64,000 nucleotides of DNA, taken from contig CAJINV010000001.1 in assembly GCA_905178155.1 (NCBI GenBank), forward strand, positions 419,643 to 483,642, written 5' to 3'. The stretch comes from Amoebophrya sp. A120 (taxonomy: Eukaryota; Protista; Dinoflagellata). This document shows positions 1 to 13,424 of the stretch, in pieces. How positions within the stretch are numbered: the stretch's first letter is position 1; each line of letters starts with the position of its first letter. A program made the position numbers and the translations under genes. The notes under the pieces are model-generated. The model had not been told where the DNA came from, did no database searches, and saw only the letters and a list, made by a program, of their open reading frames with translations.

Positions 1-3000
1 TCTGGAGGAGCGGGCGGCGGCAGCGGACAGAGTGGTCTGAAGCTGTTTCTTCGGAGGAGCGACGGCACTGGTATCGGCCTTTCCAGCGCCTGATTGCGCA
101 GTTGTACTACCACCTTGTGGCAACTTCAACGCGGTCGCGGGCATTCCGCCCGTGATCTGCGTGAACAGTTCTCCCGGCGTCACATCCGGATCGTATTGTC
201 CCAAAACATCCCGCAACTGCGTCTTTCCAACGCCCTGGCTGAACCCCCCGACGAGCTGCGACACGCCGAGGAAGTCCCCGAGTGAAGGACTCACGATCGG
301 GACCTTTTTCGCCGGAGAGACACTACCACTGCTCACAGGTAAAGAAATCTGGGCCAGCGGCTGCCCGTTGCTCTTCGCCATCTTCGGCGGTGTGGAGCCC
401 GCGCGCTTCAACACTTTCCGGCTTTGCGAAAACTGCTTGTCGGCCAGATTCTTGGGGATCTGCGCACCCGCGAGAACATTTGTCGACGGCGCCCGCGGCG
501 TCCTCGGAGTAATGACCTGGAACGGCACCACGCTCTTGGCTTCGCGCTTCTTGCGCTCCTCCTCCTGCAACTCGCGGAATTCCTGCTGCAATTCGTCCAA
601 ACCTCGCAAAGGCCCGACTTGCAGCGGGTCCCCCGGCCGACTCGTCGTGCGGATCTCCTGCGCTGCGGCTGCAGAAGACACACCGCCGCCTGATTTCCCA
701 AACGGTTTCTTCGCCTTCCTCCCCGCATCTACGCCGGACGCCGACAGGCGCGGCGACACCACGTTCATTTTCTGCCACGCGCCCGACTGCCGAGCAGAGG
801 GAGATGATCCAACGCTGAGGAACGGAACGGCAGCCGCCCGCATAGGGCTGCTGGTTGTACCAACACTTGGAGACCGCGACCTCGTCTCCGGTGCGACCGT
901 GCCAACTGTCGCAACCCTGTACTCCAGTTCCTTCAACAACTTCGCGATTTCCTCCTTCTTCACTTTCTCCTCCGCCGTCGGAATCGCTTTTCCCGCAGCG
1001 GACAAATCATCCAAAGCCGCTTTCACCGACTTCACCAGCTGCATGGCCCCCGCAGCCTGCCGGCCCCCGACGAACGCCGGAGGGGGAGTCGAAATCCCGC
1101 GCGGCGTTGGCAAATCGGAAATCCGCAGAAAGTCCAGCCCATCACCGAGGTTCAAGGCCGCCTCCTGCGTCCCCGGCGGGCAAAACGCCTCGACCGCGAC
1201 AGACAGACCGATTCTCGGGCCGGTTTTCCGGTGTCCGTTCTTCAAACCGTGGTAGAAGGCCGTCGCGGGGTCGAACAAACCCGTCTCCACCTGCGCGGCG
1301 GGGACCAAAGAAAGCCACAACGGTGCAGAGTCCTTCCCCGCCTTCGTCGTTCGTGCGGAATGCTTTAAGGAGATGATCGCAACGTACTCCATTTCATCGC
1401 CGTCCTGCGATTGTGTTTGATCCAATTCGAATTGTTCCTTCTCTGATTCCCCGTAGAATTTGAACTTGATATCGTCCTCTGTGATCGGCTTTCTCCGCAG
1501 CCGGAGCTTCACGAACTCATCCCGGGTAGCGAAACGGAGGGAGGAAGTAGAACCCGTTTGAGCAGCGGTAGACCCCCCGAACTTTTGCTCTCTGTACTCT
1601 TCCGTTTTATTCAAATCGCGGCCGGCTTGGTCGACGATGTGCGGGTGGTAGCCGATCAGCGTCTCGTACTTGTTGTTCTCCTGCAGGCCCTCCAAACCAG
1701 ATAGTTTCAAATCCACCACGTACATCGGATCCGACCTTTTCTGCCCGGGGGGCACGACCTTCTGCCCCGCTTTCGCCTTCGGCGAGGCCACCGCCGCGAC
1801 GACCGGCTGGATCTGCATGGTTTGCAGCTGTTTGGACCGCTTCACCTCCGGGCCCTGGAGCTGCACGGGTTCGATCCCCACTTCGACGTTGCCGACACCT
1901 GCGGAGAATTTGAACTTCTTCCCGTCGGTGGAGTTGGTTTTCTCCACAACCGTCGGCTGCGTCAACCCCACCATGTCCGCCACCTCGTGCATCGATCTCT
2001 TCCGCGGGTCCAGGTTGCTCGGAACGGCTGCAGCCTGCCGCCGCTCCTTCCGCTTCGGCGACCCGCTGCAGTCCCGCACGAAGCGCTGGACGATTGACAT
2101 CGTTTCCGGCGACTGCAGGCGGGCTTTCTCTCCCGCGTTCCAGGGCGGCTTCGGGGAGGCGCCCAGATGCGCACCGGTCATGACGTCTCTCCGCTTCGAA
2201 AAGAGACCGGAGTAGTTCTGCAATAATTGGGTCGCAGATAACTTTTTCGCAGCTGCCATCACGGGGAAGACTTCGTTTTCCGTGCGCAAAACGTCCGCCG
2301 GGTCGACGATCGCATGCGCGGAATTCCGGGGCCGGGGCTTGAAGAGTTCGGAACCCGGGCGGGAGCGGTCGGTTACTTTCTTGTGGTCCAGCTTCAGCAG
2401 CGGCTCCTGCAAGCCGCTGGACGGAGATTCCTGCTTCGCGCCCAGCCTCGTCCCGGCGATTTTTGAGGTGGTTTTCAAAATGCTCTCCTTCGAGGTGGGA
2501 GACGATTTCGTCAGCGCGGCGCGGAAATCACCGACTCCAACCTCGTAAGTCGTCCCCAGAACCGGATGCGGAGGTCCGGTCGTGAAAGGACCGGCCGAAG
2601 TAGAGCCAAGAGCAGCTCCACTGGTCCCTGTTGGCGTGCTCGGCGTCAGTCCACTTGGTGTTGTACTAGTTCCGCCCATCACCAGGAGATTGTGCTGTCC
2701 CCGCACCGGGCCTCGACGCGTCCGTGGCGGGAGCATGGGCGAGCGCTTCTCCTGCAGGCCGTGCTCCTGCAACCACTTCTCGGCAAAAATGTTCGTCGGC
2801 TCGCCGGATTCGCGCGCCGCGCGGATCTTTTCCAGCATCAATTCGTCCAACACCGGCGTTTTCGAAGCGGATTTATTCGCCTTGGACTGCCGGCGGATAG
2901 CGGGGGAGGTGGACGACGTCGGGCTGACGCTGCCGTCTGCGCCGGCTACCCCGGGGACCCTGTAGGGGTTCTTCGGGATCTTCAGACCCGCTTGGGGAAC

Positions 3001-6000
3001 CAAGGGACTGACGGTCGACCCGAGATTCAGGTACTCGTTGTCGGCACTAGCGCGCTTCTTTTCCGCCTCCGCCCAGGCGGAAAATGCACCGGACGGCGTC
3101 AACTCGCCGTGTTCGTCGACTTCGGGAGATGCATTACTTTGCTCGCCCAGCATGGCCATCCGCGCGTCCCTCTGCGCCTGCAGTTCCTTCTCGTTCAAGG
3201 CCCGCGCCTGCTGCGCCAAATGTTCCGTCAGCGATCGCAGTTGCGGGTGCGTTTCCGCGGCTAGCACCGTCAGTTCCTGCACTTTGTTCAGCAGTCGCCG
3301 GAACTCCGTGCTGGCAGCGGACGGGTCGCCGACGCGGGTGGGAAGTTTCCCCGCGTCCACCAACCAGGGGATTGTTAAAGCCTCCGCCTCGAACTGCGGC
3401 GCCGGCATCTTTTCCGCGAAGGGGTCCGTAGTTGGGGAGGATGCAGTTGCCGGGGCCTGCGACCACAACTTCTTCTCCACCGCTTGCTTGGCCTGCTTCT
3501 TGATCAACGACGCGGCTTTCAGCGCCGCGCTGTTGCTATCCACGATGGTGCCGAACCGGGTGGGCCGGTTCGCTGGATCCTCACCAACGTCAACGGTTGC
3601 AACCACAGGCCCAGAACTCTCATCCCGTGCTGTGTCTCCATTCGCAGCTGTGTCGTTAGCACCGCTAGCTGGAAAGATGTTCGACCAGAAGTCCGACGCG
3701 CCCTTCGCTTCTCCCTCAGGCAGCGGTTGCTTTCCGCCTTCCAGATCCGTGATCACGGCCCCGAGGTTCTCCTGCATCTCGCGCATCTTGTCCGGTACGT
3801 GCGGTTGGTCCAGCCGGGAGAGCGGCGGCACCGGAGCGATCTCCACACCCTCGAGAACACCGCTGGTCCGCAGATCCTTCGGGGAGACAGACGGACTGGA
3901 CTGTTGCGCGCCAGTTGTAGTTTTCACAGGCCCTTCCGCTTGCTCCTGTTCCTTCATCTGAGCTTGCATGTCCGGAATGTCGTCCTTGCTTTTCCCTGCG
4001 CGGCCTGCAGCTTCTTTCCAACTCACGCGGATTTTAGGCTTGATGTCATTCGCCGTTCTGGAAGTCAACTCCGCGGTCTTCCGGCTCACATCCGACTGCA
4101 TCTCGACCGCTTTCTGATACTGGTGCGGGTCGTACGCCGGCACTTTAGGCACCGGAGACAACTTTCGCCCACTCGGCACGGGGGAAAGAGTTGCGCTGCC
4201 CTGCCAACCCGGCGCGTCGAAAGACAGCGGTGAGGCGGTAAACATTCTTCCGCGGTACTGCGCAGCGGTGACAGCGGGCGTCGGAATCACGGTCGGGCCG
4301 CCCTTCATTTTCCCCTTCCCTCTCGCGTTGGCGTCGGATTTCGGACCGGGGGCTGTGGTGGCGTCACCTCCCCCAGCTTGTTCTTTTTCCTTGTCACTGC
4401 CAGAAAGAACTGCACCTCCCGCCGGATCATTTACGGCCACGTCCGTCACCGTCCGGAAGGTCTGATGGTAGTGCTCTTGTTGGACCATCTGTTTGAACTG
4501 GGAGAAGTCGGTCACGCCCGGACTCACCACCATCAACTTTGGCGTTTGCAACTTCACGTTCCTCGGACTGGACGTCAGTTTTGTCGGCGTCAAAGCCTTG
4601 GAAAAAATAGCGTTCCCCACGGCGTTCAACGAGTTCGCAGCGACCTGCTCCAGCTGCTCCTCCTGCTTCGTTTTCATGTGCAGCATCGCATTCGCGTCAT
4701 ACTTCATCGGCTTTCGGATGCGCAAGAGGCCTTGTTGTTGCCCCATCATGTTGCTCGTCCCGCTCACAGAAATTGTAGACGGAGAGCCAGTCATCAAATT
4801 GCTCTGCTCCCCAAGAAGGTTCGCCCGCGCACCAGGACTCAGCGGCGAACCCGTTGGACTGGTACTATCTTCTTGCGCTGGTGGCCGGGAAGTAGAGGGT
4901 AGTTGGTACCCCTGCGCCTTGTAGTTGTCCATTCTTTGCTGCACCCCGCTCCGCAAATTTTGCAAACCGGGAATGGATGAAGCTCTGTTCGGCTGCTGTG
5001 CGACGCGAGAGGACACCTGCGACAACAGCTGCTGTTCGTCCTGCTCGTTGAAGCCAGTAGCTCCACCGACAAGCCTCACCGGGACTGCGACCGGTGGGGA
5101 ACGCGGCTCAGTTCTGTCCTCGGTGGGAAAACGGGAATCCATCATGTGTTCTCCTTCAAAGAAAAGCTGTTCTTCGTCTTGTTGCGAAAACAAAGTTGCG
5201 AGTTCGTTCACTTCGAAAGCCATAGCTGCGGACGCTTCGGTGTCGGGGTCCAGCTCGTCGGTGGGGGTTCTATTTGCAAAACATGCTTCAGAATCCATCG
5301 TCGCATGTTCCCCTTCTGTTTCAGGAACAATGTCAGCAGCAGCTACTTCCGCCGCCTCTCCCTCAGCTTTTTCCACACCTACACGACCTTGGTCCGAGAC
5401 CTGCAGTCCGCCCGCCTCCACCGCTGGTGTGGCAAATGCGTGTTCCATGTCGTGTTCGTCAAACACCGAACCGCCTGCGGATTCGACCCCCGCGGCCGCT
5501 TGCGACTTCAGCTGCTCAACCAGTTGCGACGCGCGGTTTTGCACTACTGCAGACGTTCCGCGTCCGGGATGCGACATCCGCGTGGACGGCATCTTCACGG
5601 GAGGGGCATCATTGTCCCTCCGCATTCTGATCATATCCCCGTGATCCCCAATAGACTCAATCGGTTGCAGCATGTCCACGGAAATCTGCTTTCGCGTCTC
5701 CGCATCCTCCGCGCTAGCAGCACCCGGGGCGGCGTGCACGTCGTTCCATTCTGACTGGGACGCCATGGGGATGGATCTGGTTGGTCTTCCACCCGTCTCC
5801 TCGGTGGTGCCGCCACCCTGATAAAAGTTTTTCAAGACAAGTACTAATTCACAGGAGTCAGAGTTGCAAGACATCAGCATCATTCCAGGCTGCACTGTGG
5901 TCTCACCAACAGAATACGTTCAAGAGGCTAACCTGAAGCTACTACTTACATGGAGATGGAAATCGAACATGCGAATCAGCGACCCTATTCCACCTGTACC

Positions 6001-7671
6001 TGCGTCGCCACATCTACGTCTCGTTTCTCCCCCACCGGGCTTTTCGTGACCCCCGAGACGTACTGGTCATGCACGACGTCGAACGACTGCACCCCCGCCA
6101 CGGAGTTCGACAAACTCTGCAGTTGACTCGGTCGCTGGCGCAGCAGCCCGGTCCGCATCACTTCGGCGTTCAGCTCCAACGCAAGCAGGTCCTCGTTCGC
6201 CCGGACCAAGGATTCGAATTCATCGACCGCCGAAATGGTCTCCCGCAGCTCCGTCATGCACTTCAGTAGCTCCTGCTCCGGCTCATCATTCCCTTGGATT
6301 TGGTCGTTCATGTGCTGCTCTAAATGGTCGTGGATATCAGTGATGTCCTCCTCGTCCGGCTTTCTCGATCCGGCCGTTTTTTTCGAAGGAGATGCCCCGG
6401 TTTTCACTTGCGTCAACCACGGCCCCATGGCCTTTATCAGCGCCTGCATCTTCTTCTCCATGTCTGTGACGCCGGCTAAGCTGGTTTTCTTGATCTCTGT
6501 GTTCAGATGCACCGCGGCGAAAGCAAGTTCTCGGGCGGAAATTTTATTTTCACTTCCATCGTCATCGTCTTTCGTGTGATCCAAAGCGGACAAAATTTCG
6601 TTCACTGACGCCAAGGCTGGGAAAGTACTAGAGCTTTCTCCGCCCGCGTCGATGATTCGGGCCTGGGTGAGGTAGTATTTCGTGAACTCCATCACGTTTA
6701 AGTGTAGGACTTTTTTGTTCTGGATCTCCTCGACCTTCTTGCACTCCTCCTCCAGCAAGGTGTGGATATCAGCTGAAACGCTTTTCACCACCTCCGCCGC
6801 GTGTCGGAGCAGCGGCTGGACGATTTGAATCAAAATTTTCGCCCGGTTCTTGTCCTCCTGCTTACTTCTGTCCCCCGTGCGGAAGAACTGCTCCCACTTG
6901 TTCAAAGTAGTCCGCAACGAAGTTTCCTCGACGAAAAGCTTTTTCAAAAAGAACAGCACGTGCTTGCAGTGCGATTGCTCGAGAAGGGAATCCTTTGTCA
7001 GTGGGTCCTTCCGCAGCTGTTGACTCTGTCCGGCGGCAGGGTTGAAAACCAGCAGCTCGGTTTTGCGGACGGAAGGGAACCCCAGCCCGTCAATTTCCAG
7101 TTGGAGCTGCTGCGCCTCTGGGTCCTCTTCCGTGTTGGAAAGGGAATCTGGAGTGTTTGTTTTCCCAATGGTGACACAGAGGAATGTGGATGTGGTGTGT
7201 ACTACGTGCAATGAAAGACTTGGTAGAAGAACTAGAATCATACTTCGTATCTTCAAATCTTCGTCATCGATATACGACGTCAGCAAAAAACATTATCATA
7301 CCCTGTGCCACCCCGACTCCTCCAGCTACGCCGGGAAACAGTTCCACTCTCGGCGGCCACACCGGTTGCTGCTTGGTCAAAGCCGCCCGCGCTGCTTCCC
7401 TTTCAGCTTTTGCTTGTGAAACGAGGGACTTTGCCTTGTGCGTCGCACGGTACAAAGCGTTGATGGTGCATTTTACCTTGTTCGTGTCTTGCAAAAACTT
7501 CTCGAAATCCAGCGCCCGATCCAACTCCTGCTGCTTCGCCTGCGTTTTCTTCTTTTCTTCGTTCACAACTTGATCTTTTTGCTGCAATTGCTGGTTCAGC
7601 TGCGAAATCTGGCCTTGCAGTTCCTCGATTGTGGTCTCTAATTCGATCTGCTTTGCGCTTTTCCCAAACAT
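1..7671 (-). CDS. Very large coiled-coil/low-complexity hypothetical protein (>2400 aa), running off the left edge; exons 7671-7302, 7147-6000, 5817-<1
   Basis: ATG at 7671 (MFGKSAKQIELETT). Canonical GT-AG introns 7148-7301 and 5818-5999 join ORFs 7264..7761 and 5985..7286 in frame to a >5.8 kb exon. That exon was open at every line I spot-checked and is missing from the ORF track, probably because its stop lies outside the window. Confidence 0.75.
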
Positions 7672-8960
7672 TTTTTTGTTTTTCTTTTCTTGTAGTACAT
7701 GAGCGCCCGAAAAAAAAAACGAACTGGTAGAGCTTGAAATTGTAAGAACCACAAAAGACATTCAAAAGACGACCTCTTCATCGTGACCAAGATCCCTGCA
7801 TTTGCAGCTACCGATAATTCCAACGAAGTGTACAACGAGGAGCAATCTGATGACTGACGACCACGATTTCCACGATTGCAGCGGCGCGTGCTTCACGTAT
7901 TCGTGGCACCTATCAAAATCGGGACCAAGATGACGACGAAAATCAATAAAAATTCCTTGCGCGTGCCGGCCTTCTTATTTTCGACGAATTATGACATTGA
8001 CGAAAAACGACGGTGATCATCTTCACGAATGAGTAAGTCTAAAACTGAGCGCAGGTGCCTGCTACCAGATACAACGACAGAGGGTTCAAATTGAAACTGA
8101 GAAGCGAGGCGACCGATTATATCTTCACGATAGAGGACAACTACTAAACACCAGTTTATCATCTTTATAGGATGCTACGATTCGTAAATGTAGTTCCGCG
8201 TCTGCGCATTCGCATTGACTCAGCATAATTATTTAAAGTAGGTGCATGTCAGAGAGTTTCATTTGAAATTTCTTTGAAAAAAGAACGCAATGGCAGCGTT
8301 CCCTATGAAGGCTTCTTTGTAAACTACATCAGCGTTTGAAAGTTTAGGAAGTCGATTGCTCGTGCATCCAAAAAAAGGGCTCTTTTTTGCTGACAATCGA
8401 TCCCCTTCTTGTACACGCAAAACAGGCTCTGCCATCTCGCAGGACGGACTGCGTGCAGCCCTTCTTGCGGACAAAAAGCGTCATTATCATCTCTAAAACT
8501 ACATAGGGCGGGTGTAATTGTTCTACACTCATGTCGACATGAAGGTACGGAGGCCGAAGCACTTGCCTAGGGCTTGCCTACGTCAAAAAAAGAAAAACCA
8601 CTCTGCACAGCGGGATTACGTTAAAAGTACAGGGTCACGGTCAGGAAACAAGAACGTACACAATACGCATACCTCAAGACCTGACTGCTACCACATTATT
8701 GTTGAAACACATCATGACAATTATTCAGCGCGCAGTCGCACAAGTCTTCCTCTCACGGATCAAGACGTTAGAGCATGCGAGCGACTGTAGCAACTGATCC
8801 TGAAACTGATGCGGGTACTAAGCTTAGGGTTAGGGTAAAAATCGTAATCAAACCTTAGAAAATGATGCAGTGATTTGGGCTGGGAGCTTCGCGATCATCA
8901 ACAGTGCGTATATTTTCACGATGAAGTGAAAATTTGCGAGTTGTTGCAGAGAATCTTTTT

Positions 8961-11900
8961 TCAGTGCCGATCCCTTGGTGCCTCTTGCGACACGGCTCTG
9001 CTCAGCGCGGACGGCGACATGCTGATGCGGTACGATTGTCGGTTGGAAAAGTCAGTACTCGCTTCCACTAGCATGTTCGCGGATAGTCCCTTCGGCAGGG
9101 CCGACGCGGCGACGCCCTCGCTCGTTCGAATGTCGCGCTGCAACGCCTCCACTTCCGACGCATACTGCTGCATCTTTTCTCTTTTCTTTCTTAAAGCGTG
9201 ACGCAACGCGTGGTCTCTTCGGATTTTCGCCCGTTGCAGGTACCCCTCGAGCATGTCCCGTTTCCGCGCTTCGACAAAGTTGGTAGTACTGCACGGTTCG
9301 TTGCAAGAGGGTTTTGGGAGAGTTGCTGGAGAGGCAAATGTAATGCTCGTATCAACAGTTCTGCCCGATGGAGCGAAGTTGTCCGGAGCAGCAGGAGCAC
9401 CAGGTCCTCCGGGACTCAATCTCCGCGTGCCGGTGGGACCACCTGAAGTAGAAGTAGAGAGGTTTGATGTTGTAACGGAGCTCGCCGGTCCGATTGTCGG
9501 CGACATGGGACCGCCGGGGCTGGCGCGCCGCAAGTCGTTTCTTAATTCCTCCACCTCCGTTTCCATCGTGATCTCCACGACTTCGTGGTCCCGCGGTTCT
9601 GCTGCAGCTGCTGCAGTTCCATCTCCCACGTTCGTACTCCGCTGCTGCGGCCCGGGGCTGGTGGCGAAAAACTTGTCGAGCATGCTACTCGTGACCGACC
9701 GCTTCGAGATCGGGTCCGCGGCCTGGTCGAAAACAAACGGGTTGCTCGCGGGGTAGCACCGGTCGACGAAGAAGTCCCCCAACAGTTCCTTACACTGCTC
9801 TTCCCCCTCGCCGATCCGTTTCGCCTTCATGAGCAGATCGTACGCGGTGTCCGGGGGCACGCGCGAGTCCTGCTTGTAGGATTTGTGGTTTCGGATGAAC
9901 TCGCGGATCCACTGCGCGTTTGTCGGCAGGTCCCCTTTCGCTCTTGCGACGATGAAATCCAGGTACTTGTTGATTTTCTGCGCCGTGACCGAATCCACGC
10001 CGATGAAGTCCAGATAGATCCGGCACAGGGGGATCAACCCCGGGAAGTGGCAACCGGAACTCGAAGTGCTTGTCCCGGGTAGACCCTGGCCACCACAGAG
10101 ATTGGGGGAGGAGCTGGACGATTTCACACCAGACTCCTTGCTTGCCGCACAGTCCTTGCCGAGGAGTATTTCCCGTATTGTCATCTTCTCGTACAGTTCC
10201 GCGTCAGGAATGTCGATGTTTTCCCGGAACATTTGGTCCACTCCTTCTTCGTCGTCCTCCGAAATGGGGTTAAAGCTCGTGTTCATGTCCGTGGCCGCGC
10301 GGGTGCTTGCCGCATTGTCGTTTTTCGCCGTGTTGCTCGCCGCTCCGATCTCCGACGAGAGACTGCTCGAGCTGCCGGTGCCGTGGGAGGTGGACCGGGT
10401 TTGCCCCACTTCGTTGTTGCAAGAGCTTTTAATGTTGTTTGCCCTTTTGTTCACCTTCGCGTCGATCTGTCGGACCAGGCTGTTGGGAAGCAAATTCTTC
10501 CGGAACCAGAACTCCGCCTCGGTGACCGCGTTCATCTTGTGGGCGGTCCGCATGTTCTCCTCCAACTTACTGATCGGCACGTAGAGGTTCAATTCCAGCG
10601 TGAGCAACACTCGGGAGATTAACACGACAAACACGGTGAAGGCCGCGTTTTCGAAATCCGTCATCTGCAGCTCCATCGAGCGAAATTCCACCCGCCAGCC
10701 GATGTGCCGCTCACTGGAAACGTCGAGCTTGCCGCGTTCCGGGTGCGGAGGCTTCCAGCGGACCTGTAGATAGTATTGAGAGTAAGTTTATCGGGATGAT
10801 CACGACGTCGCACAAAAGCTACAAATCTTCACACTCACAGGGACAGGGTTATTTGCTACTAAAATCAATGCAAAGTGACGATGCGGCTTTGCGCAAGAAT
10901 CACGACCAAAAAAAAATCGGAGGCGGAGCTACTTTTTCCTATACCGACTGCCAGTTTGTGCTCTGGATGTTTTCCCAGTGGTCCACGTCCGCGCGGTCGT
11001 TTAACTGGATTCGGTCCTCGAAAATCACCAGCGGATCGCGGCAAAACAAATGGGCCACGTGTCTCGCCAACACCGTGTCTATTCCCGCCAACGCCAGCCG
11101 GTCGAAGTGGTGCTGTTCGAACTGCATGGGAAAATCATTGTGCGCTTCCGCCATTTCCGTCGCTGCTTGTTCATATGTGCCGGTGTAGGGCGAAATGTAG
11201 CAGTCGATGCCCCCGTACCGCGCTTTCCGCAGCCTTTTCACGCCGTTCCCCGCGAGTCGCGGGTCGCCGATGGAATTCTGCTCCACTCCGCGCTCCGCCG
11301 CCGTCCGGTCGTCGACCGATTCCGCAACGATGCTCCACCGGACATCCTCGGCCTGCAGCCACCCGCGGAGGTACGGGGTTGCGGCGGTCAACGCCATCAT
11401 GATCGGGGTTAAGACCGCCAAGTGGTCGTACAGATGTCTACTCTCGCCCAAATTCGCGGCTTGAAAGGTCACCTGCAGCGCGGAGCAGCCCATGCCGAAG
11501 CACATGGCGTCCGCGTCGATCTTCGGCCGGCTCAGGTCGGTCTTCTCGTCCACAAACTTCGGACGTTCGATCCGCACACGTTCCCCCCGTCGCTCCCGGA
11601 TGTTTTGCGTGAGGGTCTTGAACCTCTGATGCGGAAACGTCACCTCGTCGGGGACGTACTTCGACCTCGCGACCGGTCCGCCGGTGGTCAAAACCTCCAC
11701 TGGGTCGGGGCAGTGCCAAAACTCGCCGACCCCGAGGAGGGGAAAGCAGGCGAGTGTGGGGGAGATTTCGTCCGGCAGGAGGTGCGCCAGCAGGCGGCTG
11801 CGACGGAGACGCATGTTGTCTTCGACCTGGTGTAGAATTTCATTTACGCAACTACTGAGATTTGTTTGTATATGCGATTTTGGAAACAAACTTTAAGAAG

Positions 11901-12833
11901 CATGGTGCTAGGTTTTTTTATCATGTGAAAGTGAATCCCGTCAATAAAATTCGTTTTGAAGCAGTATACCTTCGTCAGCGCAGTGATGCCTTCGAACGGC
12001 TTTCCGGGGGTGCCTTCGAGCATCCATCTGCCATATTCCGGCATCCACGCGCACATGTCCGCTTCCGAAAGGCCGTGGCTTCGCCCATGCGCCTCGATGA
12101 GATGGAGGCATTGGACCTGACAAAAATTTGTTGAAACGAGATATTGTCGATTTGCCCAGCGGAGTGAAGTAGAACAAGACTCGTATCAATCTGTATATGC
12201 AAAAATGTTGGGCCACTCAGCCCCCAGTTGTCCACCTATTCTCGCACTTTATCGGTATCAAATCTCTCTTACCACTTCCGGCGACCGCAGTGAGATCTTC
12301 GGTCTTCTCTTCGGATCGCTCTCGTGCCCATCCAACTTGACCAGCTGGTACTCCACCTCGTCGCCGTACTTGAGCAGATCCCCCTTGATGCCCTTCGCTT
12401 CGAAAAACACGTTGATAAACTGCTCGATCCCGTGGTCCCGAACGTACTTGAGCTTCGGGAGCGCCTGCTCCCAACTCAAATATTACGAGGAAAAATCCCC
12501 CCTCCCCATATCGAAAAGGTATGCTTCCGGAAATTTGCGCTGCTGATTTGCGACCTCAAATCACGTCTGTCTTGCAAGAAGGCAACTCGACAAGCTACGC
12601 AGCATTGTGCAGGCGGTTTGTCATGCTGTTGAGCCAACATCACGGACGCTTTTCATGCTAAGCGCCTAAGTCAAAGCCTCTCTACTCAGGCTTGATATGG
12701 GTCTGCAGTCCTCTCCAGCAAGACAGACGCGATTTGTGTACTCAAATACAGCAACACAAATCTCGCTTTCGATATGGGGAGGGGGGATTTTTCCTCACAA
12801 TATCAAAGGGGTCGACTCGACCAAGAACCCCAT
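8961..12833 (-). CDS. GCLC: Glutamate-cysteine ligase catalytic subunit (gamma-glutamylcysteine synthetase, eukaryotic type) with a long C-terminal extension
   Basis: Motifs: MGFLVESTPLSWE, KYGDEVEY, WMPEYGRWMLEGTPG, HQRFKTLTQNIRERRG, DAMCFGMGCSALQVTFQ, HWENIQSTNWQSVRWKPP, GWRVEFRSMELQMTDFENAAF. GT-AG introns 10764-10944, 11827-11969, 12117-12272, plus one introner at 12481-12802. Confidence 0.95.
12481..12802. mobile_element. Introner/MITE family A (TIR TATTGTGAGGAAAAATCCCCCCTCCCCATATC), non-canonical intron in GCL
   Basis: About 36-bp TIRs with 2 mismatches; TSD TCAAA (12476-80 and 12803-07); removal gives TPL|SWEQ. Confidence 0.95.
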
Positions 12834-13424
12834 GGTGGGACGAGGGTGCTAATTATGGCTTCCACCGATTATTTTCATCCGTATGTTAGTTGAAAAAAGA
12901 CTTGTAGCTTACGTCGGAATAACGACTGGCGGGAGTGCGAGTGGGATGAAATTTTATGAAGCTGGACGAATTGCGTCCAGCCAAAACGAAGATTAGGCTC
13001 TGCTGTATGTTGTTCTGTTGAATGCGATATTTTTATCGCATGATGGACAGAAAATACCGTCGCATCTAAATACCAACATTGCTCTCGTGAAGGTGATCGT
13101 CCTGTGTATTTGTTTGATAACTCCTTTGCTTTGCACGTTTGCAACAAACGCTCGTTTTTCCAGTCTCGATGTTCGTATCTATCCCTCAAGAATCGTCCCC
13201 AAGAAAATATCAACCGACAAAAAACTCACAGCAGCTGAGATAGTGATAGTGCTACAACCTAGGGCCTGCAGGAAAAGAACATGTTGCGTGGTACGCTTGA
13301 ATCATTGGAGTTTGCTCCGTCTGGAATGGGAATGCGTTTTTGTCGTCTAGTGATAGTGTTGAGTTTATTTCGCACTCACCAGTTGTAACGCGGCGGTGGA
13401 CAGCGATATCTTCCGAAAGGCATC

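Noticed and set aside
94-5754. Many long plus-strand ORFs (e.g. 152..1255, 3038..3961, 4925..5644)
   Set aside because: Antisense shadows of one GC-rich minus-strand exon; Ser/Ala/Phe-rich with no domains. The same applies to plus-strand ORFs over the other genes.
8824-8835. TTAGGGTTAGGG telomere-like sequence
   Set aside because: Only two units; compatible with chance.
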